This document shows positions 24,950-42,287 of a stretch of 64,000 nt of DNA, in pieces. Position 1 is the stretch's first letter. Each line of letters opens with the position of its first letter. The DNA comes from Azolla caroliniana (lineage: Eukaryota; Plantae; Polypodiophyta). The notes beneath the pieces are model-generated. The model had not been told where the DNA came from and searched no databases. It saw only the letters and a program-made list of their open reading frames with translations. A program made the translations under genes and the position numbers. The stretch is from contig JBHGNT010000016.1 of assembly GCA_043228905.1 (NCBI GenBank), positions 7,750,001 to 7,814,000 of the forward strand, given 5' to 3'.

Positions 24950-27900
24950 GAGGTAACACTCTCCTCGGCTTCTGGTGCAGGATTGCACGACCGAGTCTTC
25001 GCTACTTGCCGACTCTTCATCCGGCTGACCGCTTCAGCTCAACCCCTCATTTGGCCCACTCAACCAAAATGATATCAGAGTCTCTTCTAGAACTCCGATT
25101 TCTTCTTCATCCAGGGGCTTGTCGGCCTCACTGGCCTCATCCTCAGAGTTCGGAATTGAGGTTGATGGAGGTTGGAGGTGGAGGCAAGTATCACGAAGCT
25201 AACTCGTCAAATACAATATCTCAATTGACTTGATTTTGTTTCGTTCGGGGGTTATAACACTTATAACCCTTTTGCTCGTCCGAGTAGCCGACTAAGATAC
25301 ACTTCTCGGCTTTGGCATCTAGCTTCCTCCGCTTTTCCTTCAGCACATGCACATATGCTATGCTGTCGAACACCCTCAAGTGTCCTAAATTCGGCTTCTT
25401 CCTGAACTATAGCTCATGTGGAAATGTCTGATTCTGCAGGTAAACTATTGTCCTAACCGCTTTGGCCCAGTAGAACTTCAACATATGCTTCTCCTCAAGC
25501 ATTGCCTGTGCAGCGTCCTCTATCGTCTGATTCTTCCACTCAGCCACACCATTCCGCTCCAGTGTGTATCTAGAAGAGAATTCTCATCAGATTCCTTCCT
25601 TCTATAGATAGCTTGAGAACTAGTCGGAAAAATACTCTTTTCCGCCATCGGTCTTGAGGCACTTGATCTTTTGCCCAGTCTCTCGTTCGGCAGGCTCTTC
25701 ACCTTCAACAAACAGGAGAAGCCTTCATTTTTCTTCCCGATCAAGCATGCCCAGGTGTGGCGAGTGTAGTCATTGATGAAGGTTACAAAGTAATGACTTC
25801 CATCGATACTCACATTCTGCTCCGGCCCCCATACATCTGAATGGATTAAATCAAGCTTGGTACGCCTCCAATTACGATCGTTAGGAAATGAAAGTTAGTG
25901 ATGCTTCCCTAATTGCCAGGCTTCGTAGACTTGGCCGTTCTGGCCACTAAATTTCAGCAATCTGAAAACGATGTTCTTTGTCTGCATTTCCCGAAGCTGT
26001 AGGAAGTTGATGTGGCTGAACCGTTTGTGCCATAAGTCGATGTTTGTTTCAACTTTCTGCCCTTTGGCGAACATAGCGGTGCCAATGTCATTTGCCTCGA
26101 GGATAAACGCCCTCCCTTCTCGGTGCCCTTGCACTATAACCTTGCATTCTTCTTTGATGAAGTACCTGAGATGAGTAAATCGAACTTGCATGCCCTGGTC
26201 GACAATTTGTCCGACCGACACCAAGTTCTTGGTAATTGTCGGCACATGCAAGACATTTCTCATGATTCCTCTCTAACTGACATGGCTCAGAGGGACATCT
26301 CTAATATGTTCGATGGGGTGAGGCGTATCGTCGCCAGTTTCAACAACCCCAGGCTGCTCTAGCTTCTCAAGTTATGAGAACCATTCTTCATGGTTCGTCA
26401 TGTGATTTGATGCACCAGAGTCCACATGCCATCGAGTTGGCTTTGTGCTTCATTACGAAGGCTGGGCCCGTTTTGGTTCACCCTGAACCTTCCGCGTAGT
26501 GCGTGACAGGAACTACACGCTCTCGATGAACAATGCTCGGCCACAACCGAGCTTAGAATCAAACATAGAAAACGTGGAATGAATGCACGACACAAAGGTA
26601 AGAGAAGAGTACATAGGATGTTTACGTGGAAAACCCAAACACGGGAAAAACCACGGCAGTCCACTGACTGCTAACTATCACTATGTAAGAATATACAAAA
26701 GATGAACACAGAGGCAACGACCTCTTGTTCACTATCTTCGCCACAGGCGGCGGTTACAACAGAGGCAATGACCTCTTCGTCTCTTTCTCTCGCTCTCTCT
26801 CTCTCTGTACAGTGTTGCGCTCTAATCTTGCGCCAATAAGAAATGACAATAACTACAATTCTCTGTTTGCCCTAAGTCATATTTATACTAATATGACTTT
26901 TCGGCTATTTACAAATATAACCCCGATGGACTCTCAGAAACATATTTACAAATATGTCCCTTCATCCGGTGAGCACTTCTCACCGGGCCTTCACCATCAG
27001 GCTCTTGCCGGGTACTCCTCATCCGGTTCACACTGGGTCTTCCGTAGCCGGGTACTCCTCATCCGGCGCTTGCCGGGTACACCACATCCGGTTCTCACCG
27101 GGTCTTCCGTAGCCGGGTACTCCTCATCCGGTTTCGGCCTCGACCGAGTTTGCTCACCAATACTGTTCTTCTCACTTCCCATTCGGAGGGACCTGTTTCC
27201 TAACAATGCGATCTTTGACACCTTTTTGCGTCACCTCAGCTCGATTCGGCTCAATTTGAATCAACGTGCTCCTTTTAGCACTCGCTCACTTTGTGGCCTT
27301 TCCGGCCACAGTACTAGGAGTCCCTCGTAGTCTTCCCTTGCTAGCTTTCAGCGCCACCTTTACTCCCCCTACTCGTGGAGGGTTTGGAACTGTTGTTGGC
27401 ATTTCGATTATGCCTCTAGTTCTACTCTTGTCGGTTGCCTCCGTTGCGCACCGACAGACCTCGTCCACCACAATCACAGGCCTCTCTGCCTCCGTCTACA
27501 ACGTCTTGCTATCAGCATGTGTACTCGTGGATGCACCCATGTGGTTCTCTTCAACGAGCAACATTGATTGTAGCTTGAAAAATGAAGGCGTATTCTCCCT
27601 TTGCAGATCGCCATTCGGAATGATCCAAATCTAGATGCCAACCCTTTGAGGAAAACCTGCACCATTTCTTCCTCCTCGATGGACACATTGATAGAGGCGA
27701 GAGAATCACAAATCTCCGTGATTCGGGTTGTGTAATAGGCCACAGACAGATCTTTCTATCAGACATTGTTGAGCTCTTGCCTGAGATGCGGCTTCCTAGC
27801 CGTTGTGCTAGCGGCGAAAATCCGTTTGAGGTTCACCCACTTATCCTTTGGCGTCTTGGTGTCCTGGATGTAGCTCAGTAACTAGACTCCGACACTAGAC

Positions 27901-28653
27901 GCAAAGTAGTACATACTCTACTTGCCGCATGTTCCTAGGCCGAAAAGTCATTGTGTTTCGCATCTGGTGTTGCATCATCCGATGTAACTTCGGTATCCAT
28001 CCCAACCAGGTACAGGTGCATCTTGTATGACCAAGGTGCGTAGTTGCTCCTATCGAGCTTTTATGTCGGAAGTGAGTTTACCCATTCCTTTGTCCATGTT
28101 CCTGTCTTTTCTATTCCGAAAAAAACCCAGAAAGCTTGTCTCTATCTTGTTTGCTTTGTCGGCAACAGAGGATTCTTCGAAGTTACCCTTGATACCATGT
28201 AAAATAATACGTGTGTGGAAGTGTATGTGTACGACAAAGAGTACAGTCAATTATTCGGAATCACGACAGTTAGGTAAACACAGTGAATGGAGATACACAT
28301 TAAGAGAGAGAGAGAGGGAGAGACTGAGTAGAGCATAAAACAATTGAATCCTATTCAAAAGACTCTTAGTACTCAATTACAAGGAATGTGCTCAGAGAGC
28401 AATATATATACAAGCCCTGATGAGTGGGTTGACACAAGTACTGACAAGTACTTGATTGCTCATGAACTGAGCCTGACAATACCTCTGCCTATAATATTCC
28501 TATTTACAAAAATAGGAATATAGGCCTCTAACGACCAACCGATTCGGCTTTCGGCTTATTCAGCCGATTCGGGCCCAACCGATCGGTCTCCATCAGATCC
28601 GGCTCTCGTCTTCTTCAGCCGATTTGTCCCAAGTGGAGCTCGCTCGCTCAACA
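24950..28653 (-). mobile_element. Ty1/copia element 4 (related to element 2): 5' LTR 28198-28653, PBS, gag, protease, integrase; 3'-truncated
   Basis: Minus-strand TGTTGAGCGAGCGAGCTC...TTTTACA then tggtatcaag. ORFs 25895-26263 (NVLHVPTITKNLVSVGQIVDQG, LWHKRFSH) and 25520-25813 (FINDYTRHTW). Confidence 0.88.
26504..27205. mobile_element. Solo LTR in the copia-4 gag
   Basis: TGACAGGAA...TTCCTAACA termini; 5-bp target duplication gtgcg/atgcg; internal GC-rich repeats gccgggtactcctcatccgg. Confidence 0.8.
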
Positions 28654-29464
28654 AAGATCTAAAAAATCATTAGTTCTCATTTTTCCTTAAAAATACACAA
28701 AGTTACTTTTCGTATTTGATCAAAATTTTTCAATTTCATCAAATGGTGACAATTCCACCTTTTTCATCAAGTTTTCAAGAACATGTGATACTAGTTTCAC
28801 GGTGTTTTGTGAAATGGCCAAAAAAGCCCCAAAATCAGATGAAATATTCCTTATCCTTCCACTTGTGAATGCGAACGAGGATTCCTCACGGTCTTCCTCT
28901 TGTTGTGAAGCAACCTCATGTATAGCACCATCCCCCACAGGAATTGGATGAACATTAATTAGATCACTAAACCCTTTCCACCTTGTCAATATCCTCAATG
29001 ATTTGTTCCTCGATGAATACTACATCACACCTCCTTATAAGCACCTATAATCAAAATAATCTTTATCATAGCCCATTAAAAGGCATTGTTTAGACTTAGC
29101 ATATACGTTAGACCTTTCATCATTGCGTATATGCACAAAACACTTACAACCAAACACACATATCATAACAAACATCCCCACCATGTGACAACACGCTATT
29201 CACCACCATTATTAGTGCAAATACATTTCAGCTTCTTCCTTATCTTCTTTCCACAAAAACATGAAATTCCTTAAACACATCAATTACTTGATCTTTTGAC
29301 TTCAACATTCGAACCCAAAGCTTCCTAGAATGATCATTAATGAAAGTGAAAAAATAAAGTACTCCGCCTATTGACCTTACCTTCAAAGGTCCACAAACAT
29401 CCGAATGTACTATGTTCTGAAAGTTAACGTGCGGAATCGAATTACAAACCGGCTTTACCGGATA

Positions 29465-29799
29465 CAAGGTTGTTAGGTACGTTAGGTACGGTATGGATAC
29501 CATACGTATTTAACGTATTAATACCCGTATAGTACCTCCCAATTAAAAAATATGCTAAATACATTTTCTTAGTATGTTAAATACTTATAAAGTACGTAAA
29601 ATACATATTTTACGTATAGTACGTTAAATACTTCTAGAATTTGAAAAATTATTTACCTTTCTAAAAAATATCTATAATATTGTAAAAAAAATTCTATGTT
29701 CACACAATTTTGTGAGGTACAATATAGTTCTACATCCTAAAATGCATATAAGACATTTGAAAATTTTACATCCTAAAATACTTGTAGTAATATGGATGT
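29465..29799. mobile_element. Possible end of a MITE/hAT-like element with TACG-rich subterminal repeats
   Basis: caaggttgttaggtacgttaggtacgg... with many tacgt/tacg motifs. It interrupts a copia LTR remnant (~29416-29464) and is cut at the duplication junction. No partner end is visible. Confidence 0.3.
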
Positions 29800-32325
29800 C
29801 ATGAAAGATTTTGGGTCCATAAGGACCTACATTGTGATTTGGGAGCCTTGTTGGGTTATGTAAAAGGGAGTAGTTGCCACTTTTATTAGGGCACCTTAAG
29901 ACGTTGAAATTGTATTAGTGAGACTAAGCTCTCTTAGTCGAATCCGTTATTCAACTACAGGGTATAAGATATAAATTAATATTTGGTGGGATAGGAGACT
30001 TGATAATATTTTATGTTTGTTTTATGTTTTTCTCGTAGAAAGTATTGAATGTCGTTAAACATCCTTGATCTATTCTTCTTATTAATCTCTTATTATTTTT
30101 CTCATCATTAGTTTGATTCATAACACCGTGTGACAAAATGTTTAAGGAAGAAAGGGGCAAAACCGAAAAAGGGGAGAAATTGAAGATACTCAAAAAAAAA
30201 GGGGAGGGATTCCCCTATCCATCAATAGAGTAATGGTCCATCAATAAGTAATTATGATCAACATAATAGACTGGCACCATATTGTCATCATTGATATCCC
30301 AATACCACCAATAAAGTCATCATTTGGTCTCTAATATTGATGCCAACATACAGTAACCATTATTGTTATTTGTAGCATATCTTCGATGGAAAGTTTTTGA
30401 CAATGAAAACACCATTGCCAATCATAAAAGCAATGAAGGAGAGATCGAAGAAGAAGTGGGCTATTGAGGCAAAGAATGAGGTAAAAAGTTTCTCAAGAAA
30501 GTAGCTTAGGCTTTGGTCCCTTCAAGATTATGCAAAACTTCAAGTAAGGTTCTCCTAAAAACCACTAGAGCATGGGTGGGGATTGCCAATGTGATTGAAG
30601 GCAATGCTACAATTAGAAACTAGAAGAAAAACCCAAAATGGTGTAACAAATTTTGTTACAAAAGGAAATCAAGAAATTCACACAATCAACAATCACACCA
30701 ACAAGTCATCAATCATTGACCTTGATTGAAGGGATTGCCTATGAGATTAAGGGCAATGACACAATTAGAAACTCCAAGACAAACCCAAAGTGGTACAATA
30801 CATTTTGGTATAAAGGACATCATATAATCAACAATGAAACTAACAAATCTTTAATAATTGAGCTTGATGTATACAATGACCCATGGGTGCTCGAGGAACG
30901 AAATTTATGACTAAACTTTCATGCTCTTGCTTGTGTTAAAATTGGCGATTGTCACGCATGAAATCAAATTCAATAGCATCTTTGGAGGTTATAGGACCAT
31001 CAATAGTTAATGAGGTCTTGATGAGGTCTTCGAGATGACCTTAAAAATGCTTATTTGAAAATAGTCACAAATGGTAATATTGTCCTAAGCAATGTGGGTA
31101 GGGCAATTTGCCAAAAGTGAGATACTTGAAATAAAGCTTGACATAATCCTTACCAAAGGTTTCTAAGCCTTGTCATTCTAATTTTTTTGTTTATTAGTAT
31201 CTCCAAAACAAGCCACAAGCTCGTCTCTAAAGGTTGCAAAGTATCTCAACTGCAATGTTCCATGTTCATGTAGTACTACAATCAATTAAGGTTTTAGTCC
31301 CAGCAAGAGAGATCTAACCAAACTAGATTGAGCTTGAACCATAGATACATGATGATGTCGCCATATAACCAATTGAATTAGATTGAAAAACACCATCATC
31401 CATATTTATGTGGCAAACTAATCCTTGGCTCCACTAATAGAATGTTGAATCCATACGTTACTTCTCCCTAACATCCTAGTTCTCAAACTGCTTTATTATG
31501 CAACATTGGCACAACCTTCGAATAGGACACCACATACTTCACATTAAAGAAAGAAAGAGAAACTCACTTCAAAACGTATTAGAATTGAGCAAGAGGGATT
31601 ATGGTTCAAACTCTCATGACCTATAAACAAACTATTATAAGGAAAGGCTATGAACAAAATAACAAAGAAAGATTTCAGAAGAAACAAGGAATTTTATTTA
31701 ATATAGGATATGAAATTGTATTAAAGATATGATAAGAAGGGCTTGACAAAATGAGGGAAATTTGTAATATGATATTTTATTGAAATGATATTTTTAATCT
31801 ATCATTTGCATTCTAGAAAGTGGTCCTATTTGGTACAGACCCCAAATTATCTTTTGGTCCTCAAATAAGTTTCGACATCAGTTATTCTTGGATCTTTTGG
31901 ATGCAAAGGAAGTTGGAAGTAGAATGCAACGGTCGAAGCAAGAATCCTAATGACGATTATCATGCGCCATCGAATTTAGACATTAGGACTTTACCTAGAA
32001 AGAAATATCCCAAAGCCACATCAAAATCCTCAGGTAGAGTACCTTCTTATAAATAAATTATAATCCTGTGTACCATAAGAGGTATAGATATCATGAGGCA
32101 AATTTATTCATTCATCCATCCCTCCATAAACACAAGACAGTGAATTCTTTTGCTCCCAACAAGAGACATGGCTCGATCATTCATGATACACATGACATGG
32201 AAACGATGGGAATACACATAATTTCCAGACACCTTATTCCGATGAATTATGGGCCAACAATGTTGGAAAAAGTCTGCTATGTTCAATAATTAAGATTGTA
32301 GACATACATGTACACTTCCCATAAA

Positions 32326-34812
<2,487 letters not shown>

Positions 34813-34873
34813 CTCAACACAAAAGATCAGAGACACAGACAGACAGAGGCAGAAACAGAGGAAATTAAGCTTT

Positions 34874-34876
34874 GAA

Positions 34877-34947
<71 letters not shown>

Positions 34948-35200
34948 AATGGAAGAGGGCCTACAGGCCGTAGCGCTGACGTCGGCGTCCTTGACCGTGC
35001 CAGCTGTCTCTCTGTATGTACATATTTGTTTTGTCTCTTTGCTTGTTTTGGTCATTTTTGCTTTTCTCCTGTTTTGCTTTTTTGCTTTCTTGCTTTTTGC
35101 CTCTTTTGCTTTTCTTGCTCTTCAGCGTCTTCTTCTTCTTCTTCTTCTTTTTGCTCTTCTGTTGTTTCTGCTTCTTTTTTTATAATTTTTTTTTTTTTGC
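34874..35200. repeat. (GACA)n, (GA)n and (CTT)n/T-rich simple repeats in the kinase 5' region
   Basis: Directly visible in the sequence. Confidence 0.85.
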
Positions 35201-38064
35201 TCGTCTGCTTTTTTTTCACATATACCTCTACATATGTACATATTTCATGTGTCCGCCCGCCCGCCCGCCCAAACATGGTACTTGGAAACCACAATCTCGG
35301 TTAACAAATCTCGAGGCCAAGGAAGGGGGGTGGACATTCCAGACGAGACCGGTCACATTTTCTCAATTGTCAAGCTATGATGATTTGACGTGCTCGATAC
35401 ATTGTATGCGCCCGACCCCTAGGGTCATGTGACACATCAGATTATTATTCGTACCATTCCAAAAGGTCAAGAGAAAGGGCAAAAATATGAACAATGAGTT
35501 AGTGGACCACAAAAAAATGATAGAACCATTCATGATCAAATGGCGATTACGATGACAAATCACGATTAGAGAAGGGACGAAATATGAACAATGAGTTAGT
35601 GGACCATGACAATGATAGAATGATTCATGATCAAAATAAGTTAAGATGTGAAGAGAAAAAAATGTACAAGATGGGAACAATGATCGCAACAATGCGCATA
35701 TGCATAAGAATTTTTATAGAACCAGAAGTCGTCCACTTCTTGAGACGTCTAAAACATATTGTATTGTCAACAAAACATATTGTATTGTCAATAATCCTGA
35801 AGTCAACCTTAAAATTTAAACCCTAAATTTATTAACATGGTTATTATTGCTAAGTCTAGTTATGAAAATTCTTAATAAAATGAAGTGCATTTATTCAATG
35901 CAAATCACGAAAAAAGATGCACCCTCATAGAAAAATTGTTTCCTTTTCACAAGATTCTTTATAGTTCAGAGTTCTTATGTTTTGATTTTCAAGCATTTGA
36001 TGTGTGTTTGATAGACATAGTGAATTGTTTTGGTATTTGAAACTATTATTATCCTCAAATCAAGAAATTTTGTGGTCTTATGTAAAGTCATAATAATAAC
36101 TCTATAGCAACAAAGATTGTTGATCAAATTGCAGGATTTATGTCCCCAATTGTCGCATAGAATTGAGAACCATAATTTCATTGTATTTATTCCAAAACAC
36201 CACCTACAAGAGAACATCTCAAAAATTAAAATATACTATTGTTATTGTTGCACGTCACATGAAAGAGAAAATAAAATGTGTTTGCTTAATTAATGTTCGA
36301 CTCTCAACTCATTCTTATGCTAGCTTTGGTGATTCCCTTGCAAATCATGGTGATCACTCTCATTTTCTGTAAAAGTAGTAGTATATATATTATAGCAAAA
36401 CGACAATAAAAAGCTTTGATGATATATAGTGAAAATATTGATGGCAATATATGTCAAGGTGCTACAAGACATTGAAATAAAGGCAAATCCCTATAGTGCT
36501 GCTAAATCGCAAGTACAACCAACTAAAATTTTCTTTTATCCTATATTCTCTCATTTGTAAGTAATCAATGGGAAATATATTCTAGTGTGCCTTGCACAGG
36601 ATGGATAAGCTATTTATTATATGTGATAATTTGAGATTTGAATAGGTGCATCGAAGGAACGTAGTCACAGTCACGTAGATGAGTTAACTAATGGGTCAAT
36701 AACCTTCTATTTAAGGTAACTTCTTCAAGATTATGGTGACCCAACACAGTGTACTTGTAACTTGTAAGTATTGAGACCATAGAAGGTAATATTCACATTC
36801 TTCGGCTCAAACATTTGTTTTCATACGTTTGCAAACGAATGCGTATGTTATGAAAACATACTTGTGTTTTTTTTCTCGTTTTTTTACCTCAAAAAAGTTT
36901 TACCTTATAGTAAATAATGAATACAAAAGTATGATATTTACCATACATTGAGGGTGTTAACCATACTCAAATCAAAATGGTCAAAAGTTAAACATACGCA
37001 AATGTGAATGCACGTATGGTACATATGGTTCATACTATGATCGAGACAATAGAGCCTTTCCATTCAACAATTTTCGAGATTTCAAAAAACACGAAAAATA
37101 ACTTGAAGGAAAACATGGAGTTACAATGTATAAGTGATAACACAAGAATGTGTGGTGAAGGTAAATGATCGAAACCCACAAAAAATGACTAGAAGGAGAA
37201 GATTGAGAGATGATTTATAAGTGAGGACATGGGAGTGTGTGGTAAAGGTGAATGATTACATACATCTTGTGTCAAATTGGCCCTACTAGATGAGGATGAT
37301 GCTTTCTTCGCCAACTATTGCAAAGTTTCGTTCGGGCCTTTATGGTGGTCTATAGTGCGATAGGATATCCATATTTACTATAAGTGGTGCAACAAATGCT
37401 AGCAACTTCATCGCATGTGCTTCATGAGCTTGTTTTAGAAATGGAGCCTCAATTTCATGCTCCAGTTCAAATGTTCACAGATATGAGAGCAAGAAGTATG
37501 GAATCATCGCAAAGGTGTATTGCACAAAATGGATGGAATCAAAGGCATCACTCTTATTGGTGTTCTTTCTATAGAGAACATTTACAAGCACTATATGAAC
37601 CCATGGTGCACTATACTTGATGTGGATGAGCATAAGGTAAGGGTTGTTTAGATAATGGCACAAACACATCTTCGAAGCTTTGTGTCCAAGCTCCACTATG
37701 CTTAGAGCCTTATGTTAAGTGGTTTAGACAATGACTTGGAAGGGGGACAATTGAATAATTTGAAAAAGAAACAAAAGCAAGGGGGGAGAAAAAGATAGCA
37801 TTTGTTACACTAATGAGTTGGGATGGTCTAATTGATGGCTCAAACATCATCTCCAAAAGTTCAAGCCCAAATTGCAATATGCTTTGAGAGAAGGATACAA
37901 ATGATTTGAAGATGGACGAAGATATAAAGGAAGAACATGGTAAGCATGAAGATCCATATGGGGGAGTCAGGATCAAGTTGTCAAGCTTGGGCGACATTAT
38001 GGATTAGAATGGTAAGAATAAAGAGGGGAAGGGAAATGTGACCCCACAAAAGAGCAAAAAGAGG

Positions 38065-38441
38065 TAGAAAACAACATTGCGGATAAGAAAATAGTTACAA
38101 AGAGAATACAAGAGAATATATCTATTGAGAGATCAAGCTCAACTTAGTTTAGTTAGCTAGTCAACCATGTAACTTCGTAATTACCTAGATAGAATCTAGT
38201 TAGAACTATTGACCATAACGACTTAAATAGGACCTTGTACTTAAGTAGGATATTCTAGATCCTCCACTCCCAAGGTCATTTAATATAGGACTTACACGAT
38301 TGTACCTAAATTCTCCTCACACATGTGCACCCTTGCACATGAGATCTATACATACCTCATTGATGGTATTTTCGTATTTGATGATGATGATAATGCTAAT
38401 TTAATATAGTTACTCATCCCCCATCTTGTGTTATTCATAAG

Positions 38442-38515
<74 letters not shown>

Positions 38516-39110
38516 CACATAATCTTCCGCTTATTAACTTAATCACATAATTAGGTATTAATTAACCCATAATTACTTACCTAATTCTTAACTTAGTATC
38601 AGAGTGTGTGGTTTAGAAAATCCACTAAGCTCACCTGACTTCGTGATTGTGTGTTCGAGACGTTGACGGGTACCGTAGTGCCGCTACGTAGCACGTGTAT
38701 GTGATCGAAGGAAGAAAAGAAAAAGAAGAGAAGACACTACAATCAACATGAACACACAAATGGGTAGCTCGCTACCTAGTGAAAAGCTAGACCGGAGCAA
38801 TTATTCATCTTGGGAGTACAAGATGACCCAATACCTCATTAGCCAAGGGTATTGGAGCTACATCAACGACACTCAAGAAAATCGACCCGACCCAAAGAAC
38901 GTTGACTACTTAACATGGGAGCAAGCGGCTAGTCGAGTAATGTATTGCTTGGTAACATGTGTCCACAACCACATGCTTAGCCACATTCGAGACGCCAAGA
39001 CGCCTAAAGAAGCGTGGGTGAACATAAAGAAAGTGTTCACCGCTAACACAACTGCCCGAAAGCTTCAACTTCGACAAGAGTTGAATAACATTCGACAAAA
39101 AGACATTTTA
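38065..39110 (+). mobile_element. Truncated Ty1/copia (gag of the element-3 family): LTR remnant with (CT)n(CA)n, PBS, gag start
   Basis: PBS-like tagtatcagagt at 38594-38605. ORF 38748 MNTQMGSSLPSEKLDRSNYSSWEYKMTQYL is nearly the same as the ORF at 8968. The left boundary is approximate. Confidence 0.8.
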
Positions 39111-39349
39111 TCTCATCAGGTTAACAAAGTTTGCAAAATATGGGTTTAGCTTGGTACAACAAAGTGTCACCAAGTTCTTGGCTTAAACAACCAGTTATTG
39201 TTTCATAGATAAAGAAATTTCTCTTTCCCATCAAATCCTATTGCATAAGCTTCCATGCGTTGCATTTTTAGCAATCTTTGTGGCCTCCCTATTGCATTGT
39301 GGGATATAGTTGGAGAGTTTGAGTTGGTTCGTGTATTTCTTATGGTTTA

Positions 39350-39800
39350 ATCCCATCTTATGGTTTTTCAACATATGAAAAATGATACTTTTCAAGAGCA
39401 TCATTAAATGAATGACATCTTAATCCATTCCAAGACTCAAGAGGAGCATCATGTCCATGTTCCCTAAGTTCTACAATGATTGTGAGAATATGCAGTTTAT
39501 GTGAAACTTAAAAGTGCAATTATGACCACAATCAAGTAGAAATCCTAGGATATATCATCTTATTAGAAGGTATCAGGATGGAAACAATTCTAGACTAGTA
39601 GACACCATGATCCATGGGCGATACTTAATCTTCTTGGTGTTTGCAAATTTTTATTGCAAATTCATAAAGAATCACTTGAAAATGATTTTGCATCTAATAA
39701 ATTCACATAGGAGAACCAATCATTTCCATGAACTTGAGGTGCAAGTTAAGGGGTTGGAGAGCTTAAAGAATGTCTCAATGGTCGAAACATACTTCGATGT
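39350..39800 (+). pseudogene. Highly degraded Ty3/gypsy RT remnant
   Basis: Fragmentary FQHM..ND.F, DILIHSKTQEEH, ILGYII and FLVFANFYCKFIKN motifs. Confidence 0.6.
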
Positions 39801-40239
39801 CTCAATTGAATACAAAAGTATGTTATTTACCATACTTAAATGGTGTTTACTATACTCGAATGGTCGAAACATGCTAGAATGTGAATGCATGTATGGTACA
39901 TATAGTTCATACAACCTCAACCTTTAAGCGACATAGCTAGAACAAAGTGATAGCTGAATTATGCATTTTGCAATAATGTAGTTACCAGCTCTTTAATTTA
40001 TCCCTTCAATACCTCTATAATTTATCTGAAATCCTATTCATATTTTTAGCCATTCAATCCAATCATTTCTATATAAATCAGGATTTAGCAATGTTTAGAC
40101 TACCAACCAACTAGAAGAAACTTTTTGTTTTGGCAAAACTTGATGCACCGTACATTGATTCTCATGTAAGCTAGATCAAAAGGCAGAAATGTTGCATCAA
40201 TTCCTTGGTTCATGGAAATTTATTATTTTAGATTAGCGT

Positions 40240-41859
40240 TATGTCAACAACGGATGATATTGTGTTGATTTCTAACTCTCCGGAGGGACTACAAAGACAT
40301 CTAAATGCCTTAAAACTATTTTGTACGGACAAAGGTTTGTCAATCAACATGAATAAAACTAAAGTGATGGTGTTTAACACCACCCAAGCATGGGTAACAA
40401 GATCAAAACCAGAATTCTTCGTGGGAGAGGAAAAGGTGGAATACACACGCTCCTACACATGCCTAGGAGTAACATTTACAGGACCTAGGTTCTCCTTACA
40501 CCGAGTCTTAACAAGGCAAATCATTGGAAAGATTTAGAGAGACCTTTAGTGTCAATGATTGCTCACATGATAAGGAGCAAAGCATCGGTGCCCCACGATA
40601 TAATCCGGCCAGAGATGGGAGCAACACCTATAATAATCGAGGCGTTGTTCCGATCAGTGACATTTATCCAACGTCTTTGGGAGCTCCCTAAATGAAGGTA
40701 CCCAAGGTTGGCACTTATGTCATCAAAACAATTGGCTGAAAATGGAGACACTCATTGTTATACTAAAATGCCACAATGGTTCGAGTCACATGGCATGAGT
40801 ATAAATGTACTACCCCCGTTCCAATATAGCTTGGACTGTCCCCATCTAAATATGACTAAAGTGGAAAAGAATAGAGTGATCCGAACTAATATTATTAACT
40901 TGGAAAACAAGATAACATGGATCAGCCCCAAAATACCACTTGGTACAAAGATGGCCCACTATAAGACACTTCTTACATACATCAGAGGATGGATTTGTCA
41001 TCATGCCACCTTATATGGACATACATCTATTCTATGTGTTGCGTAGTGTGATAGGGCAGCTAAGAACTTCATCACATTAGCTACAGATTGAGGTAGGCAG
41101 ATATACACAACTACCTCTAGAAGAGAGAATTTGCCAATTGTGTCGTCAAGGAGTGGAATCTGAGGAACACTATGTTTGTCATTGTAGTGTCTTTTATGAA
41201 ATCAGAGGGAGATACCATTGCCTCTTTAAACAAGGCTTTGGCCCACTACGCAAGGTAATGGAATATGAGGACCAATGATGCCTAGGACTTTTCTTGCAAG
41301 AGCTCAAGAGACATCGAGAAAAGTTGAAGAATACAACCACACAAGCTCGTCCACAAAGAACAATCACAACTTTCTTTAGCCCCATCACTCCTACTAATCC
41401 TATAAGTCCATCAGGGGATACACAAATGGGCTCCAAACTAGGACATAACAACGGGGTTACAATTGATCGGGCAATAGCAATTTGCCGTGCACGTAGGTCC
41501 CGCCCCCATGGACCACTACCTCAACACCCTTGTCATTGACAAATAAAAGCCATTATCTCCCGCCACCGTAGATGCTTCCCTCGCTTCGAAGACATTTCCA
41601 TTCTAAATTGACCTATGCTAGAGATCTTTTGAAGAGAAAAGCTACAATATACCTAACTTGAGGATCTCACATGTGCCAAAAACCATATTCCCTCATTTCT
41701 TTTCTTTTCATGTTATTTACTTTTATATTTACTGTGTAATATTTATTTTATTTTGATTTGTTCTCAAAGACGAGACAACACTTAAGATGTAATCTCTTAT
41801 TTGGTCTTATAGGCCATTTTGGCCCCTTAAAAGACGTTAATATATCTTTCTTTCTTTCT
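40240..41859 (+). mobile_element. 5'-truncated LINE: RT C-terminus, CCHC-type finger, (TTTC)n tail
   Basis: DDIVLISNSPEGLQRHLNALKLFCTDKGLSINMNKTKVMVFN and YTCLGVTF; ERICQLC.QGVESEEHYVCHC; ends in atctttctttctttct. Confidence 0.85.
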
Positions 41860-42287
41860 ATAAAAGTTTACATGCTTTCTATATTATACATTCAAAAGTT
41901 GTTCTTTATTTCTTCACTCCAAAATCATAGTGGGATGAGCCAAAAAAATATTTGTAATGAAGAAGACCAGTACATATTTGGATTAGGACAAAGTGATGAA
42001 AACAAATGGTCTTCATATAAAATGTAGCGATAAAAAACGAGTTGCAAAGTGAAACCCTCTTTATATACATGTAATGTAACGTATAGGAAATGAGTACCAA
42101 AACAGGCTCTTCAGATATGATACACCAGTAAGTCATACAAATAAGATATGAATTCGAATTCGACAAAGATGAACTGCAGGATAATGCAACATCATATCCT
42201 GTTTTCGATGACAGAAGTCCATATATATTTATTACATGCATCAATACCGACTGAAAAATCTTCACATTTTATCTTCTTGCCAAAACA

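Larger units (their letters stand above)
24508..28869. mobile_element. Putative non-autonomous TIR DNA transposon (AT-rich, ~0.65 kb of its own sequence) hosting a copia insertion
   Basis: 17-bp inverted termini ttcataagtggaaggat (24508-24524) and atccttccacttgtgaa (28853-28869), 16/17 matching. Internal 87-bp tandem duplication at 24621-24795. No clear target duplication. Confidence 0.45.
23560..29415 (-). mobile_element. Ty1/copia element 1, 3' half (integrase, RT), inverted and carrying nested insertions
   Basis: The minus strand reads IVHSDVCGPLKVRSIGG near 29410, continuing ...RQESV at 4890. RT motifs GIDFDDIFSPIVK, NVKTAFLHGDL, LLYVDDML and FDMKDFG lie at 23528-24332. No clean target duplication links the two halves. 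Confidence 0.8.

Noticed and set aside
35440-38060. Short ORFs and weak repeats upstream of the kinase
   Set aside because: No recognisable domain or termini; probably decayed repeats.
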